A stretch of 54,498 nt of DNA, from assembly GCA_032718475.1 (NCBI GenBank), contig JAUCBJ010002326.1:1-54498 (forward strand), written 5' to 3'. This stretch comes from Nemertoderma westbladi. Lineage: Eukaryota > Animalia > Xenacoelomorpha. How positions within the stretch are numbered: position 1 is the stretch's first letter; each line of letters begins with the position of its first letter. The translations under genes and the position numbers were made by a program. Under the pieces are notes generated by a model. The model was given only the letters and a program-made list of their open reading frames with translations, ran no database searches and was not told the DNA's origin. Below, in pieces: positions 50,201 to 54,498 of this stretch.

Positions 50201-51351
50201 TATTTTTCAACTTAATTCGACGTCCTCTTTCAGCCTATCCATTTTTCGAAACCCCAAACAGCACCGTTCAAAAATTAATTTTTTCTAGTTCTAGAATTTT
50301 ACAAATTTCAAAAAAGTTGCAGTATTTTATTAACGCCTTTACGGAATTTGATAGCGTTTTCGATTTTTATATTAAACGCAATATCCTGAATCTCACTAGC
50401 CTAGTTTCGCGTCACCAATGCCAAGACTTCATACTTTTAGAGGAAAATCTTTCTAGAATAATTTTTATTTAATTACATTTATCGCGATTTCTTATTACTG
50501 GTTGCACATGAATTGATGGAGTTTTCAATTTATTAACTAAACACGATATCGCGCATCGCACTAGCGTGGTTTCGAAATTCCAAAACGAGGTCTTCACTAG
50601 TTGCATGTCGTTTTTGTTCTAGAATTGAGCAACTTATAATAGATTGAATTTATTAATAATTATTCTATGAAATATGATTGTATTTTACATAATGATTAGT
50701 TCTATACTAATTCTCGATGTCTCTTTTATTTAAAATAAAAAGTCGGTTCCTTATCGGGCCGCTAGGCCCGTCACTAGTTAGGAACCGAGAGGTTCATTAC
50801 TGTAAGAATTGCTTGTGGCTGACTGACTGACTGACTGACTGACTGATCTACAGCCAAAACTACTCTAACGATTTTGATGAAATTTTCACAGTGGCTAGAT
50901 ACCGCGATTCTAAGGTCCCTGGTATGTTCCGCTATTTCGTCCATGAGCCGTGGGCTCGAAAAATAGATATAAACGAAAAAACGCCATAGGCGCAATGGTA
51001 AAATAACACCAATAACAGCTGGTGTCCTGGTGAAAAATGGCTTATGTAATGCATTTCTACACAAGGCTTAGTAATAAATCGATGAGGTTGCCAAGATTAT
51101 TATACTCAGTACACCCATACTGTTTGTATAGGCCACCACTCTCTGTCAAAGCAAATATTAACTGGTTGGTTTAGTTTGAAATCTAATATCGCCTCAGCTG
51201 AATTACTCTTCCCAATGCATTGTATGGGAATATCTCATCTGCTAATGCTGAATGACTTAGGTACACAGTGTGTTGGCTACATTAATGCCAACATTATTGC
51301 AAAATGTTTTATTGTTTGATTACTCTCTGTCAGTCTCCCCTTCAGAACATT
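41285..51351 (+). mobile_element. Head-to-tail array of 7 Helentron-associated (HINE / DINE-1-like) non-autonomous rolling-circle elements
   Basis: Units start at 41285, 42775, 44267, 46184, 47678, 49200 and 50780. Each has a 5' AGGAACCGA followed by a (CTGA/TTGA)n microsatellite. Units 1-6 end with a 3' inverted TCGGTTCCT, a hairpin CGGGCC-(g/a)cta-GGCCCG and CTAGTT; unit 7 is truncated. Junctions are at TT. This is the established HINE/DINE-1 architecture. Confidence 0.85.
45241..46117. repeat. (GAGCC)n pentanucleotide microsatellite, about 170 copies, inside HINE unit 3
   Basis: Seen directly; it explains the AEPSR / LGSAR ORFs. Confidence 0.97.
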
Positions 51352-51357
51352 CTATAA

Positions 51358-54300
51358 CGTCCCGGTTCACACATAAACATTCAACTTTCGGATAACTACG
51401 TCCCGGTTCACACATAAACATTCAACTTTCGGATAACTACGTCCCGGTTCACACATAAACATTCAACTTTCGGATAACTACGTCCCGGTTCACTCATAAC
51501 ATTCACTTTCGGATAACTACGTCCCGGTTCACACATAAACATTCAACTTTCGGATAACTACGTCCCGGTTCACATAAACATTCAACTTTCGGATAACTAC
51601 GTCCCGGTTCACACATAAACATTCAACTTTCGGATAACTACGTCCCGGTTCACACATAAACATTCAACTTTCGGATAACTACGTCCCGGTTCACATAAAC
51701 ATTCAACTTTCGGACAACTACGTCCCGGTTCACTCATAAACATTCGGATAACTACGTCCCGGTTCACACATAAACATTCAACTTTCGGATAACTACGTCC
51801 CGGTTCACACATAAACATTCGGATAACTACGTCCCGGTTCACTCATAAACATTCGGATAACTACGTCCCGGTTCACACATAAACATTCAACTTTCGGATA
51901 ACTACGTCCCGGTTCACATAAACATTCAACTTTCGGACAACTACGTCCCGGTTCACACATAAACATTCAACTTTCGGATAACTACGGCCCGGTTCACACA
52001 TAAACATTCAACTTTCGGATAACTACGTCCCGGTTCACTCATAAACATTCGGATAACTACGTCCCGGTTCACACATAAACATTCAACTTTCGGATAACTA
52101 CGTTCCGGTTCACACATAAACATTCAACTTTCGGATAACTACGTCCCGGTTCACACATAAACATTCAACTTTCGGATAACTACGTCCCGGTTCACACATA
52201 AACATTCAACTTTCGGATAACTACGTCCCGGTTCACACATAAACATTCAACTTTCGGATAACTACGTTCCGGTTCACACATAAACATTCGGATAACTACG
52301 TCCCGGTTCACACATAAACATTCAACTTTCGGATAACTACGTCCCGGTTCACATAAACATTCAACTTTCGGATAACTACGTCCCGGGTCACACATAAACA
52401 TTCAACTTTCGGATAACTACGTCCCGGTTCACACATAAACATTCAACTTTCGGATAACTACGTCCCGGTTCACACATAAACATTCAACTTTCGGATAACA
52501 CGTCCCGGTTCACACATAAACATTCAACTTTCGGATAACTACGTCCCGGTTCACATAAACATTCAACTTTCGGATAACTACGTCCCGGTTCACTCATAAA
52601 CATTCGGATAACTACGTCCCGGTTCACACATAAACATTCAACTTTCGGATAACTACGTCCCGGTTCCACATAAACATTCAACTTTCGGATAACACGTCCC
52701 GGTTCACACATAAACATTCAACTTTCGGATAACACGTCCCGGTTCACACATAAACATTCAACTTTCGGATAACTACGTCCCGGTTCACATAAACATTCAA
52801 CTTTCGGATAACTACGTCCCGGTTCACACATAAACATTCAACTTTCGGATAACACGTCCCGGTTCACACATAAACATTCAACTTTCGGATAACTACGTCC
52901 CGGTTCACATAAACATTCAACTTTCGGATAACTACGTCCCCGGTTCACACATAAACATTCAACTTTCGGATAACTACGTCCCGGTTCACACATAAACATT
53001 CAACTTTCGGATAACTACGTCCCGGTTCACACATAAACATTCAACTTTCGGATAACTACGTTCCGGTTCACACATAAACATTCAACTTTCGGATAACTAC
53101 GTCCCGGTTCACTCATAAACATTCAACTTTCGGATAACTACGTCCCGGTTCACACATAAACATTCAACTTTCGGACAACTACGTCCCGGGTCACACATAA
53201 CATTCAACTTTCGGATAACTACGTCCCGGTTCACACATAAACATTCAACTTTCGGATAACTGCGTTCCGGTTCACACATAAACATTCAACTTTCGGATAA
53301 CTGCGTCCCGGTTCACACATAAACATTCAACTTTCGGATAACTACGTCCCGGTTCACACATAAACATTCAACTTTCGGATAACTACGTTCCGGTTCACAC
53401 ATAAACATTCAACTTTCGGATAACTACGTCCCGGTTCACACATAAACATTCAACTTTCGGATAACTACGTCCCGGTTCACACATAAACATTCAACTTTCG
53501 GATAACTACGTCCCGGTTCACACATAAACATTCAACTTTCGGATAACTACGTCCCGGTTCACACATAAACATTCAACTTTCGGATAACTACGTCCCGGTT
53601 CACACATAAACATTCAACTTTCGGATAACTACGTCCCCGGTTCACACATAAACATTCAACTTTCGGATAACTACGTCCCGGTTCACTCATAAACATTCGG
53701 ATAACTACGTCCCGGTTCACACATAAACATTCAACTTTCGGATAACTACGTCCCGGTTCACACATAAACATTCAACTTTCGGATAACTACGTCCCGGTTC
53801 ACACATAAACATTCAACTTTCGGATAACTACGTCCCGGTTCACACATAAACATTCAACTTTCGGATAACTACGTCCCGGTTCACACATAAACATTCAACT
53901 TTCGGATAACTACGTCCCGGTTCACACATAAACATTCAACTTTCGGATAACTACGTCCCGGTTCACACATAAACATTCAACTTTCGGATAACACGTCCCG
54001 GTTCACACATAAACATTCAACTTTCGGATAACTACGTCCCGGTTCACACATAAACATTCAACTTTCGGATAACTACGTCCCGGTTCACATAAACATTCAA
54101 CTTTCGGATAACTACGTCCCGGTTCACTCATAAACATTCAACTTTCGGATAACTACGTCCCGGTTCACACATAAACATTCAACTTTCGGATAACTACGTC
54201 CCGGTTCACACATAAACATTCAACTTTCGGATAACTACGTCCCGGTTCACACATAAACATTCAACTTTCGGATAACTACGTCCCGGTTCACACATAAACA

Positions 54301-54498
54301 TTCAACTTTCGGATAACTACGTTCCGGTTCACATAAACATTCAACTTTCGGATAACTACGTCCCGGTTCACTCATAAACATTCAACTTTCGGATAACTAC
54401 GTCCCGGTTCACACATAAACATTCAACTTTCGGATAACTACGTCCCGGTTCACACATAAACATTCAACTTTCGGATAACTACGTCCCGGTTCACACAT
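51358..54498. repeat. 41-bp tandem satellite, more than 75 copies, running off the window end
   Basis: Unit cccggttcacacataaacattcaactttcggataactacgt (51361 to 51402), with 39-bp and 34-bp deletion variants. Confidence 0.97.

Noticed and set aside
41345-51064. Recurrent ORFs (MCRNPLHKPFF..., MGFSFFNLIRC...) in the 1.5-kb units
   Set aside because: They recur only because the DNA is repeated. Frames shift between copies at homopolymer runs, and no domain motif is present.

Overview
Repeat-rich eukaryotic (invertebrate metazoan-like) genomic DNA. It holds three recognisable host genes. Two are single-exon ORFs on the + strand: an M1 puromycin-sensitive-type aminopeptidase (8221-10911) and a mitochondrial-type glycerol-3-phosphate acyltransferase, GPAM-like (37560-40148). 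The third is the 3' six coding exons of a RalGPS RasGEF-PH gene on the - strand (25569-30133), which I assembled by hand and which the ORF track shows only in fragments. Its upstream exons were not found, so GPAM may be nested antisense in a RalGPS intron. The rest is transposon and satellite DNA: a deleted THAP/P-element with TIRs and an 8-bp TSD, nested TIR elements and MITEs, two LINE remnants, a head-to-tail array of seven Helentron-type (HINE/DINE-1-like) elements, and several satellites (about 34, 85, 46, 42, 19-23, 162-180, 5 and 41 bp), most of them inside transposons. The most unusual signal is a fixed-geometry bipartite cassette, AAAGGAGCAGGTTACAG-N14-AACCAAAACAATAAAC. It occurs seven times, inside small repeat elements whose TIRs and TSDs are unrelated. 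All coordinates and alignments were read by eye; no database searches were run.
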